Part shown: positions 36,678-47,335 of the stretch, in pieces
Position numbering within the stretch: the stretch's first letter is position 1
Layout of the letters: each line of letters begins with the position of its first letter
Source of the DNA: Candidatus Saccharimonadota bacterium
GTDB lineage: Bacteria > Patescibacteriota > Saccharimonadia > CAILAD01 > BJGX01
Assembly (NCBI GenBank): GCA_046350735.1
Contig: JAXLZU010000001.1
Coordinates: forward strand, 204,530 to 268,529
Direction of reading: 5' to 3'
Length of the DNA stretch: 64,000 bases
Translations under genes and position numbers: made by a program
The notes under the pieces: model-generated
Told to the model about the DNA's origin: nothing
The model's database searches: none
Seen by the model: the letters and a program-made list of their open reading frames with translations, nothing else

Positions 36678-37163
36678 ATGTTAGTTATTCGTCTGGCCCG
36701 TCATGGCCGAAATAAATATCCTGTTTATCGTATTGTTGCTGCCGACAAACGCCGTGCTGCTACTTCTAAGTATGTAGCTATTTTAGGTAACTATAATCCT
36801 CATACCAAAGAGATTGTTCTCAATAAAGAAAAAATTGAAATGTATCTTAGTAATGGCGCTCAGGCAAGTGATAGAGTGTTACGTTTGCTAAAGGCAGAAG
36901 GTATTAAACTTCCTAGCTGGGCCAATATTCACGATCGCAATAAAGCTCCAAAGAATCAAGAAGAAGCTAGTAGCGACGCAGCTCCAGAAGGTGTAGAAAC
37001 AGCAGAAGCTACTGCAGATGTGACAGAAGCGAAAGCCGAAGATCAAAAAACCGATGTCGGTACTGCCAAAGAAGCCGATGAGGTAAAAAACGAGGCAGAG
37101 GCCCAAGAAAAAGCTGCCGAAGCTGCCGAAGAAGCTAGTAAAGAAGAAAAACAACCAGAATAA
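36678..37163 (+). CDS. rpsP: 30S ribosomal protein S16 with an acidic Ala/Glu-rich C-terminal extension
   Basis: MLVIRLARHGRNKYPVYRIVAADKR... bS16 core of about 85 aa plus a tail of about 75 aa. Confidence 0.9.
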   Translation: MLVIRLARHGRNKYPVYRIVAADKRRAATSKYVAILGNYNPHTKEIVLNKEKIEMYLSNGAQASDRVLRLLKAEGIKLPSWANIHDRNKAPKNQEEASSDAAPEGVETAEATADVTEAKAEDQKTDVGTAKEADEVKNEAEAQEKAAEAAEEASKEEKQPE

Positions 37164-37232
37164 CCACTGGTTGTTTTTGTTATTACCACATTTGTTGTAT
37201 AATGAAGATATTAATAAATAGGAGACCAAGAT

Positions 37233-37664
37233 ATGGCTGCAACAGAACACGACCAAGTTTTTCTCGAATACGTAGTAAAAGCATTGGTAGACCAACCAGA
37301 TAAAGTCGAAATTAAACGAACCGTTGATGAGCGAGGCGTACTCTTAGAGCTTACTGTAGACCCAGAAGATATGGGCAAAATAATTGGTAAAGCAGGTGCT
37401 ACTGCAAAATCTATCCGTACCCTGCTTCGTGTACTTGGTGCTAAAGACGATGCACGATATAACTTAAAAATTGTTGATCAAGAAGGTAGTGAGAGACCTG
37501 CTAGAGAAGACAATACTGATAATGAGCCAAGTAACGAGGTTGTAAGTGAAGAGGCTGCAGAACCTAGCGAAGAAGCACCAGTCAAAAGTGATGAAGACAG
37601 TAAGGCTGAAGATATTAAGGCCAAAGCTCGCGAAGGCTTAGAAGATCTCGACACAGACATCTAA
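37233..37664 (+). CDS. KH-domain RNA-binding protein (YlqC/UPF0109-like) with an acidic tail
   Basis: GKIIGKAGATAKSIRTL KH GXXG loop. Confidence 0.75.
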   Translation: MAATEHDQVFLEYVVKALVDQPDKVEIKRTVDERGVLLELTVDPEDMGKIIGKAGATAKSIRTLLRVLGAKDDARYNLKIVDQEGSERPAREDNTDNEPSNEVVSEEAAEPSEEAPVKSDEDSKAEDIKAKAREGLEDLDTDI

Positions 37665-37822
37665 GCGGTCTATTCTCTTTGCACATTCTACGTTACAAGT
37701 TCTAAGTCCGCACTCGCTGTATCTTAATTACAGGTTGTTTGCGGGCTTCACTTGTTTCTTAAGACGAGCTAAAGAAAATCAATCTCTGCAAAAGAATATC
37801 TAAAAAAAGTAATATCTAAAAT

Positions 37823-38500
37823 ATGAAAAAAATCGCCATCATTACACTTTTTCCAGAAATGTTCGAGCCTGTACTAAACACTAGTATGTTATTAAAGGCC
37901 CAAAAACATCAATTGGTAGAATTTAATGTAGTAAATCTGCGGGATTTTGGTATTGGCAAGCGCAAGACAGTTGATGATACTCCGTATGGCGGAGGTGCTG
38001 GTATGATTTTAAAACCAGAACCAATTTTTGATGCAGTAGAGTTTGCTAGCAAAAAAATGTTGCAGCCAAAGGTGCTGCTAATGAGCCCACGCGGTAAACC
38101 GTTTAATCAACTTGTAGCCAAAGAACTAAGCAATGTAAAAGAATTAATTATTCTTTGTGGACACTACGAAGGCTTTGACGAGCGCGTAATGAGTATTGTA
38201 GATGCCGAGATTTCGATGGGCGACTTTGTGCTTACCGGTGGAGAAATTCCGGCTATGGCGGTTGTAGATGGAGTGGTACGTCTTATTCCGGGTGTACTGG
38301 GTGACGAGCAGAGTAATAAAGACGAGTCATTTTCTCAGGGTTTATTAGAGTATCCACAATATACCCGACCAGAAGAATTTAGAGGTATGGAAGTACCAGA
38401 AATCTTAAAGAGTGGAAACCATACCGAGATATCTAAATGGCGTAGGGGACAAGCGATAAAGAAGACTCAGTTGAACAGACCAGATTTAATTGACTTTTAA
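37823..38500 (+). CDS. trmD: tRNA (guanine37-N1)-methyltransferase TrmD
   Basis: SPOUT-fold TrmD motifs ([25 protein letters not shown]). Confidence 0.9.
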   Translation: MKKIAIITLFPEMFEPVLNTSMLLKAQKHQLVEFNVVNLRDFGIGKRKTVDDTPYGGGAGMILKPEPIFDAVEFASKKMLQPKVLLMSPRGKPFNQLVAKELSNVKELIILCGHYEGFDERVMSIVDAEISMGDFVLTGGEIPAMAVVDGVVRLIPGVLGDEQSNKDESFSQGLLEYPQYTRPEEFRGMEVPEILKSGNHTEISKWRRGQAIKKTQLNRPDLIDF

Positions 38501-38700
38501 TTAAATTGATTGCTATTCTCAATGCCTGCATGGATCGTCATGGTAGTCGGTGGACCGGGCTTCATTAGATTATGGATCTGCTCTCCGAGAAGTGGTGAGT
38601 CAATTTCTAAAGTACAGAAATATAATTATATGTTTTGGGAATTATTACATAATACAAAAATAGGGCCTAGTTGCCCTATTTAACATACATATTTAACTTT

Positions 38701-38775
38701 TGGCTGGGACGGAAGGATTCGAACCTTCGATCTCCTGAGCCAGAATCAGGCGCCTTACCACTTGGCCACGTCCCA
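38701..38775 (-). tRNA. tRNA-Gln (anticodon CUG), CCA encoded
   Basis: Reverse complement folds as UGGGACG-UG-GCCAAGUGGUAAGGC-G-CCUGA-UU-CUG-GC-UCAGG-AGAUC-GAAGGUUCGAAUCCUUC-CGUCCCA-G-CCA. Confidence 0.8.
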
Positions 38776-38859
38776 TAATATTTGCAATTCAATCTCGTAT
38801 TTTAGCTGAAAAATTAGATTTTTACTAGGGGGTAATGTCTAGCTACCAACATAACACTT

Positions 38860-39366
38860 ATGCTAAACTATGCTAAAGGTAATAAAATGAGTAAAAAAAT
38901 ATCAGGATTAATTCTACCCGGCATGTTAATACTTGCTTGGATATTGGCGTTAAGTGGTGTAACCTCTCCAGGTCATATGGCTAGCGATACTAGTGCTGTT
39001 TCATATATACGATGGTTACTATACTTTGCGGGCTTTGTTTTTATCTTTTCTGCTATTATGCATTCAGTGTTTGCCAAAAGTATGGCAGCCTCTATTGGCT
39101 GGAAGACAAATGGGTTTCAGTATGAGATAGCAGCTGTATCGTTAGGTTTGGGCTTAGGTTGCTTTTATGCAGTGTATCATGGTGTAGAAGCTTGGGTAGC
39201 AATATCGCTACCAATAGTGTCGTTTCTCTTCTTGGCTGGGGTTAATCACCTTTATGAGATGGTACGCAAAAAGAATTATGCACCAAATAATAGTTTGATA
39301 TTAATTTGGGATTTTGGCCTACCAGTATCATTACTTGCTCTACTAGCGGTAATTCTTAAGTTCTAA
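38860..39366 (+). CDS. hypothetical polytopic membrane protein
   Basis: 168 aa, 4-5 TMs. Confidence 0.45.
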   Translation: MLNYAKGNKMSKKISGLILPGMLILAWILALSGVTSPGHMASDTSAVSYIRWLLYFAGFVFIFSAIMHSVFAKSMAASIGWKTNGFQYEIAAVSLGLGLGCFYAVYHGVEAWVAISLPIVSFLFLAGVNHLYEMVRKKNYAPNNSLILIWDFGLPVSLLALLAVILKF

Positions 39367-39436
39367 CACCAAAATCTCCCAAATAGTAGTTTGGGAGATT
39401 CTAGTTTTAGACAAAGTTTTGGGAAAAGAAGTCTAA

Positions 39437-39949
39437 TTATTGTACTTGTTGGTCTGAATCTTGAGGTGGTTGTGGGTTGTTTGAGGACATCATCTTGCCT
39501 CTATGATGCTTACCGCCAGCTGGCCCCATTACACCGGCAGGGATTCCATTATCTTTCTCCCATTGCTGCATTTCATTACGTAGGGCATCGAGAGCTGTCT
39601 TGCGCTCGGCTGGGTTAGAAATTTGGCGTGCCGCCTCCATCTTTGGCTTCATTTCTTCGAGCTTAGCGATAATCTTGGCTTCTTGGTCACTGGTAATTTT
39701 ACCGTCTTGTACTAACTTATCGAGATGTTGCTTTAGTCTATCTTGATGTTGCTGGTCAATAACTTTCTGTACGTCATCTTTGTTAAGATTGAATTTAGAT
39801 GCTATAGCTTGGGCTAAACCGCCTGGTTGGGCATTTGAAGTCTGGGCAAAAGCTACGCCACCAACAATTAATGTACTGGCTAGTGCGGCTGAGGCTAAGC
39901 TAGTCGCCAAAATAGCCTTCTTCTTTTTTGCTGTTCTCATACGCTTCAC
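39437..39949 (-). CDS. hypothetical secreted protein
   Basis: Signal peptide MKRMRTAKKKKAILATSLASAALASTLIVGGVAFA, then a Q/K/E-rich helical region. Confidence 0.5.
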   Translation of the reverse strand: MKRMRTAKKKKAILATSLASAALASTLIVGGVAFAQTSNAQPGGLAQAIASKFNLNKDDVQKVIDQQHQDRLKQHLDKLVQDGKITSDQEAKIIAKLEEMKPKMEAARQISNPAERKTALDALRNEMQQWEKDNGIPAGVMGPAGGKHHRGKMMSSNNPQPPQDSDQQVQ

Positions 39950-40090
39950 TCCTTTATTAGTTACTATACATATTTACCAGTGAAACAAGTACTTGTGACT
40001 AAATGATATCTATGAAGTCACTACTTTATTCTATCTGGCATACATATACACTAGATCATTAGACTGAAAATAGGCTGAAAACAGAAAAAA

Positions 40091-40429
40091 TTATTTTATT
40101 AGTTTCTTTTTGCCGGTTTTTTCTCTTTCTTTTGCTCTTTCGACGGCACGCTCACCAGCACGGCGTACAAATAAATTTGCGAATGTTACAATGACTCCGA
40201 TACCCCCTAAAATATAGAATATATCAACAATCTTTCCTAAATTGGTTTGTGGCGTAAAATCTCCGTATCCAACAGTTGCTAAGGTAACAGTACAAAAATA
40301 AAAACTATTTAGCCAACTCCATTTTTCTTGATAATGAAAAAATATTGCACCCCCAACTAATAATACCAAAGCTATAAGAGCTGTTAGACGAAAAAGACGT
40401 TTTGTGCTAAATATCTGAGCGGGTTCCAT
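40091..40429 (-). CDS. two-TM potassium channel (KcsA-like)
   Basis: Selectivity filter TVGYGD in TVTLATVGYGDFTP, flanked by two TM helices; 112 aa. Confidence 0.7.
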   Translation of the reverse strand: MEPAQIFSTKRLFRLTALIALVLLVGGAIFFHYQEKWSWLNSFYFCTVTLATVGYGDFTPQTNLGKIVDIFYILGGIGVIVTFANLFVRRAGERAVERAKEREKTGKKKLIK

Positions 40430-41103
40430 TATCTTGTGTTTCCAAAAATCCTTAACAAGAATAAGAAGAGATTGATAAAATCTAAGTAGAGTGCCAACGC
40501 ACCCATAATAGCTAATTGATCTTTTTTATCAGACTCATAAAAGCCTTTAATTTTTTGCGTGTCATAAGCAGTTAACCCTAAGAATATCGCAACTCCTAGA
40601 TATGAAATAATAATCTGAACGGCATTAGAGTGTAAGAAAATATTAACGATAGTGGCAATAATTATACCGATTAAGCCCATTAACAATATTCCGCCAAGAC
40701 GGCTGAGATCTTTCTTGGTGATATATCCAATAATAGCCATAAAAAAGAACATACTTGCTGTAATAAAAAAGATGCGCATTATGGATGTGCTAGTGTAGGC
40801 TAGAAAAATATAGCTGAGGGTGATACCAAGCAGTGCAGCATACGCCAAGAAACCTGCCCGAGCAGCCATTGGAGACATTTTGGTTATCCTGGCAGCCAGT
40901 AAAATAACTACTCCTAATTGAGCGGCAATGAGTAGTATAAGTGTAATAGGATTACCAAAGAATGCTTGTTGTGCAACAGAACTGTGTGCCACAAACCAGG
41001 CTACAATTCCACTAACCGTTAGTCCGGCAAACATCCAAGCAAACACACCGGCAAAATAATTTGCTATTTCTGCTTCGGCATTTTTACTTAATGTTTGTTC
41101 CAT
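40429..41103 (-). CDS. Bax-inhibitor-1/YccA family membrane protein
   Basis: Seven TMs and a C-terminal ...AYDTQKI... motif characteristic of the BI-1/UPF0005 family. Confidence 0.7.
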   Translation of the reverse strand: MEQTLSKNAEAEIANYFAGVFAWMFAGLTVSGIVAWFVAHSSVAQQAFFGNPITLILLIAAQLGVVILLAARITKMSPMAARAGFLAYAALLGITLSYIFLAYTSTSIMRIFFITASMFFFMAIIGYITKKDLSRLGGILLMGLIGIIIATIVNIFLHSNAVQIIISYLGVAIFLGLTAYDTQKIKGFYESDKKDQLAIMGALALYLDFINLFLFLLRIFGNTR

Positions 41104-41138
41104 ATAGTTTTAGTATAACAAAATATATTCAAGTTTGT

Positions 41139-42122
41139 TTACTTATGACTGCCAGTCTTCTTTTTGGTGCCATGTACTTTTTTAGACAAAGCGTCTAGTT
41201 GTGAGTCGAGTTGATGTTGGACTTTTTGAAGGGGAAGAAATATATATACTAGAGTAAAGATGACACCCAACACCAAGCAAACTAACCCAAAGTTTCTGGT
41301 TGTAGCAAAAAGGTAAGAAGATGCGCCGTTTATAAGACCATTTACCTGCTCGCCTATAATCGGATCATTATTTCGTGCGCCAAATACTCCTACTAGCGCA
41401 GGGAATAACCAGCTACCAAGTAAAACAATGACTGCAGGTGTGCCAAATATCCAGGCCAATGTCTTAGCTAGTCGACGCAAATTACGTAGATTGAGTAGCA
41501 GAATAATGATAAAACCTATTGGTATAACCCACCATAACACATTCACCACCGTATTTACGGTTCGCAGAGTGTCTCGCATTTTTATTAAAAGCATTATTGG
41601 GTTATTAGGGTGCTTAGAATTATCAATAATGGTTAATTCTTGAGGTACTGAGTTAATGAGAGATTGAGCCGGTTCTTTAAGGGCATCTGCCAGGCCAAGG
41701 CCATTAACGTAGTTGATGGCCTGATCTTTATAGGTAGCAGTGGCAATAACAACCTTATTGTTTTGAATTGTGGTTGGTGTATCAACTGCTTTGTACGTAA
41801 GGCGTAAACCTGGTTGAGCAAGCTTCTCTATGTTTTCAGCCGTAATAATGTAGTCCATAAACTTATTAATAAGTGTAAGTTCTATAACATTACTCTTAAT
41901 CTTTTCTGGAAGCTTATCGGATATCTCTGCTTTAATAATGTCTGCAGTATAGCTAAACGATTTACTTTCGTGCAGAAATATTTGCAACTTTGCTGCAGTA
42001 GAAAAGTTTGCCAAAAGTGCACCACCATAACAAACGACAATTAAAGAGATGGTAACTATAGCTGCAATTAAACGATTCCAGCCGCCATGTTTGGCTGGAG
42101 TAGTTTTTGTTTCATTCTTCAT
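41139..42122 (-). CDS. hypothetical membrane protein
   Basis: 327 aa: N-terminal TM, a periplasmic domain, and C-terminal TMs. Confidence 0.5.
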   Translation of the reverse strand: MKNETKTTPAKHGGWNRLIAAIVTISLIVVCYGGALLANFSTAAKLQIFLHESKSFSYTADIIKAEISDKLPEKIKSNVIELTLINKFMDYIITAENIEKLAQPGLRLTYKAVDTPTTIQNNKVVIATATYKDQAINYVNGLGLADALKEPAQSLINSVPQELTIIDNSKHPNNPIMLLIKMRDTLRTVNTVVNVLWWVIPIGFIIILLLNLRNLRRLAKTLAWIFGTPAVIVLLGSWLFPALVGVFGARNNDPIIGEQVNGLINGASSYLFATTRNFGLVCLVLGVIFTLVYIFLPLQKVQHQLDSQLDALSKKVHGTKKKTGSHK

Positions 42123-42128
42123 ATAGCC

Positions 42129-42683
42129 TTACTTTCTTTTGGCGGGAGATTTCTTACTTGATTTGGTAAAGAAGCTTGCGACCACCAGCAGGATACCGGT
42201 AAGAATTGCATATGCACCAATTATCCAGACGAGTGTAAGTGCACCAGCGAGTGGGTTAAAGAGCATATAAACGCCGAAGATCATCGATAGTACACCAGTT
42301 AGAATCATAAACCAAGCACCACTAATTTTCTCAGACGAAGCTGCAAAACCAGCATATAAGTCTACTACACCAAAGGCTAGGGCCCATATTGCAATGAGTA
42401 GGGTAACAACACCTGCGGCAATTTCAGGACGGGCAATGAGAAAAATGCCCAGAATAACACCTAGCAAACCAAGTAGTGCTGTTAATACTGCATGGGGGTT
42501 AGACTTATCAAACAGCGGCTCAAATATAGCAAACATACCAACAATAAGAATATTAATTGCAAATATCAAAATAAGAATATAAAGAGTAAGTCCAGGCCAT
42601 GCAACTGCCACCAAACCAAAAATTACGTTTAATATACCGCGCAGTACTAATGTGCTACGACTTGGGTTTCCTACGAGTTCCAT
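42129..42683 (-). CDS. HdeD/DUF308-like membrane protein
   Basis: Repeated G-x-x-x-G-(I/V)-L small-TM pattern typical of DUF308. Confidence 0.5.
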   Translation of the reverse strand: MELVGNPSRSTLVLRGILNVIFGLVAVAWPGLTLYILILIFAINILIVGMFAIFEPLFDKSNPHAVLTALLGLLGVILGIFLIARPEIAAGVVTLLIAIWALAFGVVDLYAGFAASSEKISGAWFMILTGVLSMIFGVYMLFNPLAGALTLVWIIGAYAILTGILLVVASFFTKSSKKSPAKRK

Positions 42684-42724
42684 TTTTTGTCTCCATTAAT
42701 TTATTATCTTTATTGTAATATTTC

Positions 42725-43807
42725 TTAAGCTGAGTTGGCAAGCACTTGATCACGCATATTCGAAATTGTCTTGAGAAAAAGTATTAGCCAGACAAAAGTT
42801 AGACAAAATGCCAGTAGCTCATATGCAGTTTGACTAAAGTAGTGCAGTGGTTGCCACACAATAAAACTACCAAGCAATATTGCTAATATTGCATAAGAAT
42901 TTACCAGGAATGAGTTACTTATTTTGGGTATTAAGTATTTCAAACTCGCTATAAGTATAGTAAAGAAAATAACTAATAAATAAGCAGATGATGTATGAAG
43001 GGTGGGGTGAATGTCCCACGGGAATAACCCAACACCTGCAAAACTGAGGCTAAGACTAATAAATAATATCTTAATTATTGAAATCTTTCGAGAAATATTA
43101 TTATTGGTTCCTTTTAATATTATTTCTAAATCTTGAAGTAAATGATCAGTTAAACACAGTAGCAATAAACCAGAAAGTACTAAAGTAATGTTAAAGCTAT
43201 ACGCTGATAAATTATTGCTTGTACCAAGACTTGAAAAGTTTATTTCCCACCACTGTGGGTTTTGGGATGTTGCCATACTAAGAAACACACCTCCACCAAC
43301 AAAAAGAGCTATGGCGTTTACAATGTTATTACTTCGTAAATGCACAGAAGTGGTAATAATTCCATATGTGGTTATAGTTGCAATTATCCCAATAATAAGA
43401 CTTGCAGATAGCGGAGGCATGGCAAGACCTGTAAATGCGGCACTTATTCCGATAATTAAAAAGAGCGTAAAGGCAAATACAATTATTGTATAGCCTATAG
43501 ATAGGGTTATGCAGTCAAACACTAACTTTAGCTTTGAAATATGTAGCTTTTCTGAATCAGGTAAAAGTTTTTGTCCGCGTAGATACCCAAAAATAAAACC
43601 AAAAAAAGCAATAATAAGAGCATCTATTAATAGGGCTGTTGCGAGCGAGGGCCAACTACTAAGGGTTACAGCCCTATGATAAGAGCTAAAGATAAGCCAC
43701 CATACCGTCCCAAGAATAAGCCCAACTGGCAAAGCGAGATTGAGAGCAAGATTTTCTCCATGACTATTTCTTTTGGACTGGGCAATTTGTGATGATCGAT
43801 TCTTCAT
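42725..43807 (-). CDS. hypothetical polytopic membrane protein
   Basis: 360 aa, at least 9 TMs. Confidence 0.5.
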   Translation of the reverse strand: MKNRSSQIAQSKRNSHGENLALNLALPVGLILGTVWWLIFSSYHRAVTLSSWPSLATALLIDALIIAFFGFIFGYLRGQKLLPDSEKLHISKLKLVFDCITLSIGYTIIVFAFTLFLIIGISAAFTGLAMPPLSASLIIGIIATITTYGIITTSVHLRSNNIVNAIALFVGGGVFLSMATSQNPQWWEINFSSLGTSNNLSAYSFNITLVLSGLLLLCLTDHLLQDLEIILKGTNNNISRKISIIKILFISLSLSFAGVGLFPWDIHPTLHTSSAYLLVIFFTILIASLKYLIPKISNSFLVNSYAILAILLGSFIVWQPLHYFSQTAYELLAFCLTFVWLILFLKTISNMRDQVLANSA

Positions 43808-43852
43808 TCTTTTTCTAAATAATCAGTACAATTTAGGGTAAAATTATAGACT

Positions 43853-44878
43853 ATGCTGCTTTCTGACTACAATTATATACTACCCAAAAAGAATATTGCT
43901 CAATTTCCTACTAAAATACGGGGTACTGCTAAGTTACTAGTACTCGATAGGGCTTCTGGCAAAACTACAGATAACAATTATGGTGATATTCTAAATTATC
44001 TTAAGAGCGGTGACGTACTAGTACTTAATGATACTAAGGTAATTAAAGCACGTTTATTTGCTAAGGATACATCTGGTGTTTCTCACGAGCTTGTTTTGCT
44101 GGAAAAACATGCAGGTAGTGAAGATAATTATCATCATGACGTGTTGTATCGAGGTAAACTAACACTTAACGAGACGCTCTATATAAATAATGAAGAAATG
44201 AACGTAGTTGCCATAAAGGATGGCGGCATAGCAACAATAAAAGCTAACCTAGACGTAGACCAACTGGCAGAACAGGCTGGTAACGTACCCTTACCACCAT
44301 ATATGAAGCGTGATGCTTCACCAGACGATGTAGTGCGCTACCAAACAGAGTTTGCAAGACACAAGGGCTCAGTAGCTGCACCGACAGCAAGTCTTAATAT
44401 GACTAAAGAATTAATAGACAACCTAGAGGCTCAAGGTGTGATAGTTTGTTATCTTACGCTGCACGTAGGACTGGGAACATTTTTGCCAATTCGAAGCGAT
44501 AAGATAGAAAACCACACCATGCATAGCGAGTGGTATTCTATTCCGCAACCAACCATTCGGGCAATACAACAAGCTAAATCATCTGGTAATAGAATAACTG
44601 CTGTGGGTACAACAGTTGCGCGTACTCTAGAGTACTGCGCTGAAGATCTGCTAAAGGCAGACCAACCATTAAGTGGAGAAGCCGATATTTTTATATACCC
44701 TGGTTATCAATTTCGCTTAGTCGATCAATTACTCACTAACTTCCATGCGCCAAAAAGCACGGTACTTATGCTGGTTGCAGCCTTTGCTGGTTGGCCAAAT
44801 TTATTACATGCATATACGTATGCCTTGCAGCACAACTATATGTTCTTAAGCTACGGCGACAGTATGCTAATACATTAA
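43853..44878 (+). CDS. queA: S-adenosylmethionine:tRNA ribosyltransferase-isomerase QueA
   Basis: MLLSDYNYILPKKNIAQFPT N-terminus and the conserved QueA core. Confidence 0.9.
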   Translation: MLLSDYNYILPKKNIAQFPTKIRGTAKLLVLDRASGKTTDNNYGDILNYLKSGDVLVLNDTKVIKARLFAKDTSGVSHELVLLEKHAGSEDNYHHDVLYRGKLTLNETLYINNEEMNVVAIKDGGIATIKANLDVDQLAEQAGNVPLPPYMKRDASPDDVVRYQTEFARHKGSVAAPTASLNMTKELIDNLEAQGVIVCYLTLHVGLGTFLPIRSDKIENHTMHSEWYSIPQPTIRAIQQAKSSGNRITAVGTTVARTLEYCAEDLLKADQPLSGEADIFIYPGYQFRLVDQLLTNFHAPKSTVLMLVAAFAGWPNLLHAYTYALQHNYMFLSYGDSMLIH

Positions 44879-44921
44879 TTTACTTGATAAAAATATAAAT
44901 TTAGTACATAATGATTATCTA

Positions 44922-46127
44922 ATGAAGCAATTTTCTTTTAGTATTACCTCGGAGCTAAACAATAGCAAAGCTCGTGTAGGAACTATCTCTACGCCGCATG
45001 GTGATATAAAAACACCAGCCTTTATTACTGTGGGGACAGCTGCTACCGTAAAGGCACTTACGCCCGAGCAAGTGGCGAGTGTAGGTGCACAAGCGGTGCT
45101 GGCAAATACCTACCATTTGTATTTACGACCTGGAGAAGCGGTAGTAAAAAAAGCTAGTGGATTGCACAAATTTATGCATTGGCAGGGGCCAATGTTTACC
45201 GATTCTGGCGGATTTCAAGTTTTTTCGTTAGGCGAAGCCTTTGGTAAAGGTATTAGCAAAGTTGCGACCGGCGATAATTCTAAAAGCTCGGTAAATGAAA
45301 GAATGAGTCAGGCAAAAAAAGCTAAGATTACCGATGAAGGAGTAACGTTTTATTCGCATATTGATGGCAGTAAACATGTACTTACCCCAGAAAAATCAAT
45401 GCAAATTCAACACACCTTGGGTGCCGATATTATTTTTGCGTTCGATGAATGCACTAGCCCACATGCAAAGCGTGAGTATCAAGAGATTGCATTACAAAGA
45501 ACCCACACTTGGGCTAAGAGGAGTTTGGTAGAGCATCAAAAACTCAATGCTAAGCAAGCTCATTATCAGGCGCTTTATGGCGTGGTGCAGGGTGGGCAGT
45601 TTAAAGACCTACGCGAGTACTCGGCAACCACACTTGGTGATATGGAATTTGATGGCTTTGGTATAGGCGGTAGCTTTACCAAAGACGATATTGCAACGGC
45701 AGTCGGTTGGGTAACAGATAAGTTACCTAAAGATAAGCCCAGACACTTACTGGGCATGGCGGAAGTAATAGATTTGTTTGAGGGTATAGAGGCGGGTATA
45801 GATACCTTTGATTGTGTTAGCCCGACTAGGATTGCGCGGAACGGTACAGTGTTTACCAAGAACGGTAGAATAAGTCTGGGTAATGCAAGCTATAGACAAA
45901 AGTTAGATCCGATAGAAGAGAATTGTCGGTGCTATACCTGTCAAAACTTTACCTGTGCGTATTTGCATCACCTTGTAAAGGCCCAAGAAATGCTCTCAGC
46001 TACATTGCTTTCTATTCACAACCTTTATTTTATTACACATTTGGTTGATCTTATTCGAGAATCAATTGAGAATAATACCTTTTATAATCTTAAAAAAGAC
46101 GTTCTCAGTAGTTATTATGCAGAATAA
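44922..46127 (+). CDS. tgt: queuine tRNA-ribosyltransferase Tgt
   Basis: TPAFITVGTAATVK, catalytic Asp DSGGFQV, and Zn site CxCxxC...H. Confidence 0.9.
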   Translation: MKQFSFSITSELNNSKARVGTISTPHGDIKTPAFITVGTAATVKALTPEQVASVGAQAVLANTYHLYLRPGEAVVKKASGLHKFMHWQGPMFTDSGGFQVFSLGEAFGKGISKVATGDNSKSSVNERMSQAKKAKITDEGVTFYSHIDGSKHVLTPEKSMQIQHTLGADIIFAFDECTSPHAKREYQEIALQRTHTWAKRSLVEHQKLNAKQAHYQALYGVVQGGQFKDLREYSATTLGDMEFDGFGIGGSFTKDDIATAVGWVTDKLPKDKPRHLLGMAEVIDLFEGIEAGIDTFDCVSPTRIARNGTVFTKNGRISLGNASYRQKLDPIEENCRCYTCQNFTCAYLHHLVKAQEMLSATLLSIHNLYFITHLVDLIRESIENNTFYNLKKDVLSSYYAE

Positions 46128-46192
46128 TTGACCAATTCTAAATATTTGTTTATAATTACATTCCAATCGCACCTTTAGAAGAAGGAGACGGT

Positions 46193-46810
46193 ATGCTACA
46201 AGCTTACCCGGATATTAATCGCGAACAGTTTATGGCCGCAATTCAGCCATATTTTACCCAGACAGAAATGAAAGATATCGAGGCGGCATATTTCTTCTGT
46301 AAATACGCACATCGAGGACAGAGGCGTGATGATGGCCGTAGGTATTTTGATCATCCGCGCGCAGTGGCTTGGATACTGGTAGATGAGCTGTGTATTGATG
46401 ATGTAGCAGTAGTAATTATTGCTCTCTTGCACGACCTGCAAGAAGATTCATTTATTATGACTGAAGAACGTATTGAGATTAATTTTGGCCGAGTTGTGAC
46501 GCTGGGTGTACGGAATATGAGCAAGAACACTACTGCTAAAGACAATTATTGGCCTCGATTTATGACCTTTGCACAGTGGCGAGAAGTTATCTGTAAGTTG
46601 GCCGACCGTTTGCACAATCTGCGTACTCTAGGTGTCTGCACCATAGAAAAGCAGCGACGTAAGATTGCTGAGACCAAGTCTGTCATCTACCCTATGTTTG
46701 AAAGAGCAAAATTGCTGTCGCCAGAGGTATACCTACCTTCTGTTAATCGTCTCTGTACGATGATAGAACAAGAAGTTGATTTGGTAGAGACTAGGTTGGC
46801 TAGTGAGTAA
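46193..46810 (+). CDS. small HD-domain hydrolase, RelA/SpoT-like (p)ppGpp hydrolase domain only
   Basis: H...HD...D pattern (HRGQRRDDGRRYFDHP...LHDLQED) typical of the SpoT/Mesh1 HD domain. Confidence 0.6.
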   Translation: MLQAYPDINREQFMAAIQPYFTQTEMKDIEAAYFFCKYAHRGQRRDDGRRYFDHPRAVAWILVDELCIDDVAVVIIALLHDLQEDSFIMTEERIEINFGRVVTLGVRNMSKNTTAKDNYWPRFMTFAQWREVICKLADRLHNLRTLGVCTIEKQRRKIAETKSVIYPMFERAKLLSPEVYLPSVNRLCTMIEQEVDLVETRLASE

Positions 46811-47298
46811 TTTTTACCCATCCACACAATGTGGATGGGTATTTATGTATCTAAAAAACATAATTATTGTCAAAAAATATTGACATTTAATAATTTATAT
46901 GCTATATTGGTAAGTATCAATATTACTTCTTGCGAGAACTCGGGCGCGAGAAGACCACCTAAATAGTTATGAACCCAGATACAAAGGCTTAATTTCTCAA
47001 ATTTTAAAGGCGCGATTCGGACATATGAGCCGAATGCCCTAACACTCGCGATGTTTTCGCAAAACAACAAAGAATTTTGAGCCTTTCTATCTGGTCTCTT
47101 CGCATTATTATGATTTTTATAAAAAAAAAGTAAGCGCAAGCGCTTGACTTAGCATAAGCGTATGTTACTATAGATAGCACTATGAGTAACATAGCAACCA
47201 AATTAATTACATTTTTCCGCACACTTGGCATGGCCACTGTGCCGGTTCGTGCAACCTATGTCTCGAGAAAACTACGATAATTAGCAATTATATATAAA

Positions 47299-47335
47299 AG
47301 CTCGAGACTGGAAACACTCTCGAGCTTTTTGTTTT
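47299..47335 (+). terminator. strong rho-independent terminator agctcgaga-N10-tctcgagct-TTTTgTTTT at the end of a 600-nt non-coding region
   Basis: Perfect 9-bp stem plus T-run. Confidence 0.6.

Noticed and set aside
38500-38700. Possible sRNA between trmD and tRNA-Gln
   Set aside because: Only a weak hairpin (atagggc..gccctat) without a clear T-run and no promoter-like element. Evidence is insufficient.
46870-47237. Minus-strand ORFs 46870..47139 and 47004..47237 in the 600-nt non-coding island
   Set aside because: They overlap each other in different frames. They have no SD or start context and hydrophobic junk composition. The region is better explained as non-coding RNA or regulatory DNA.
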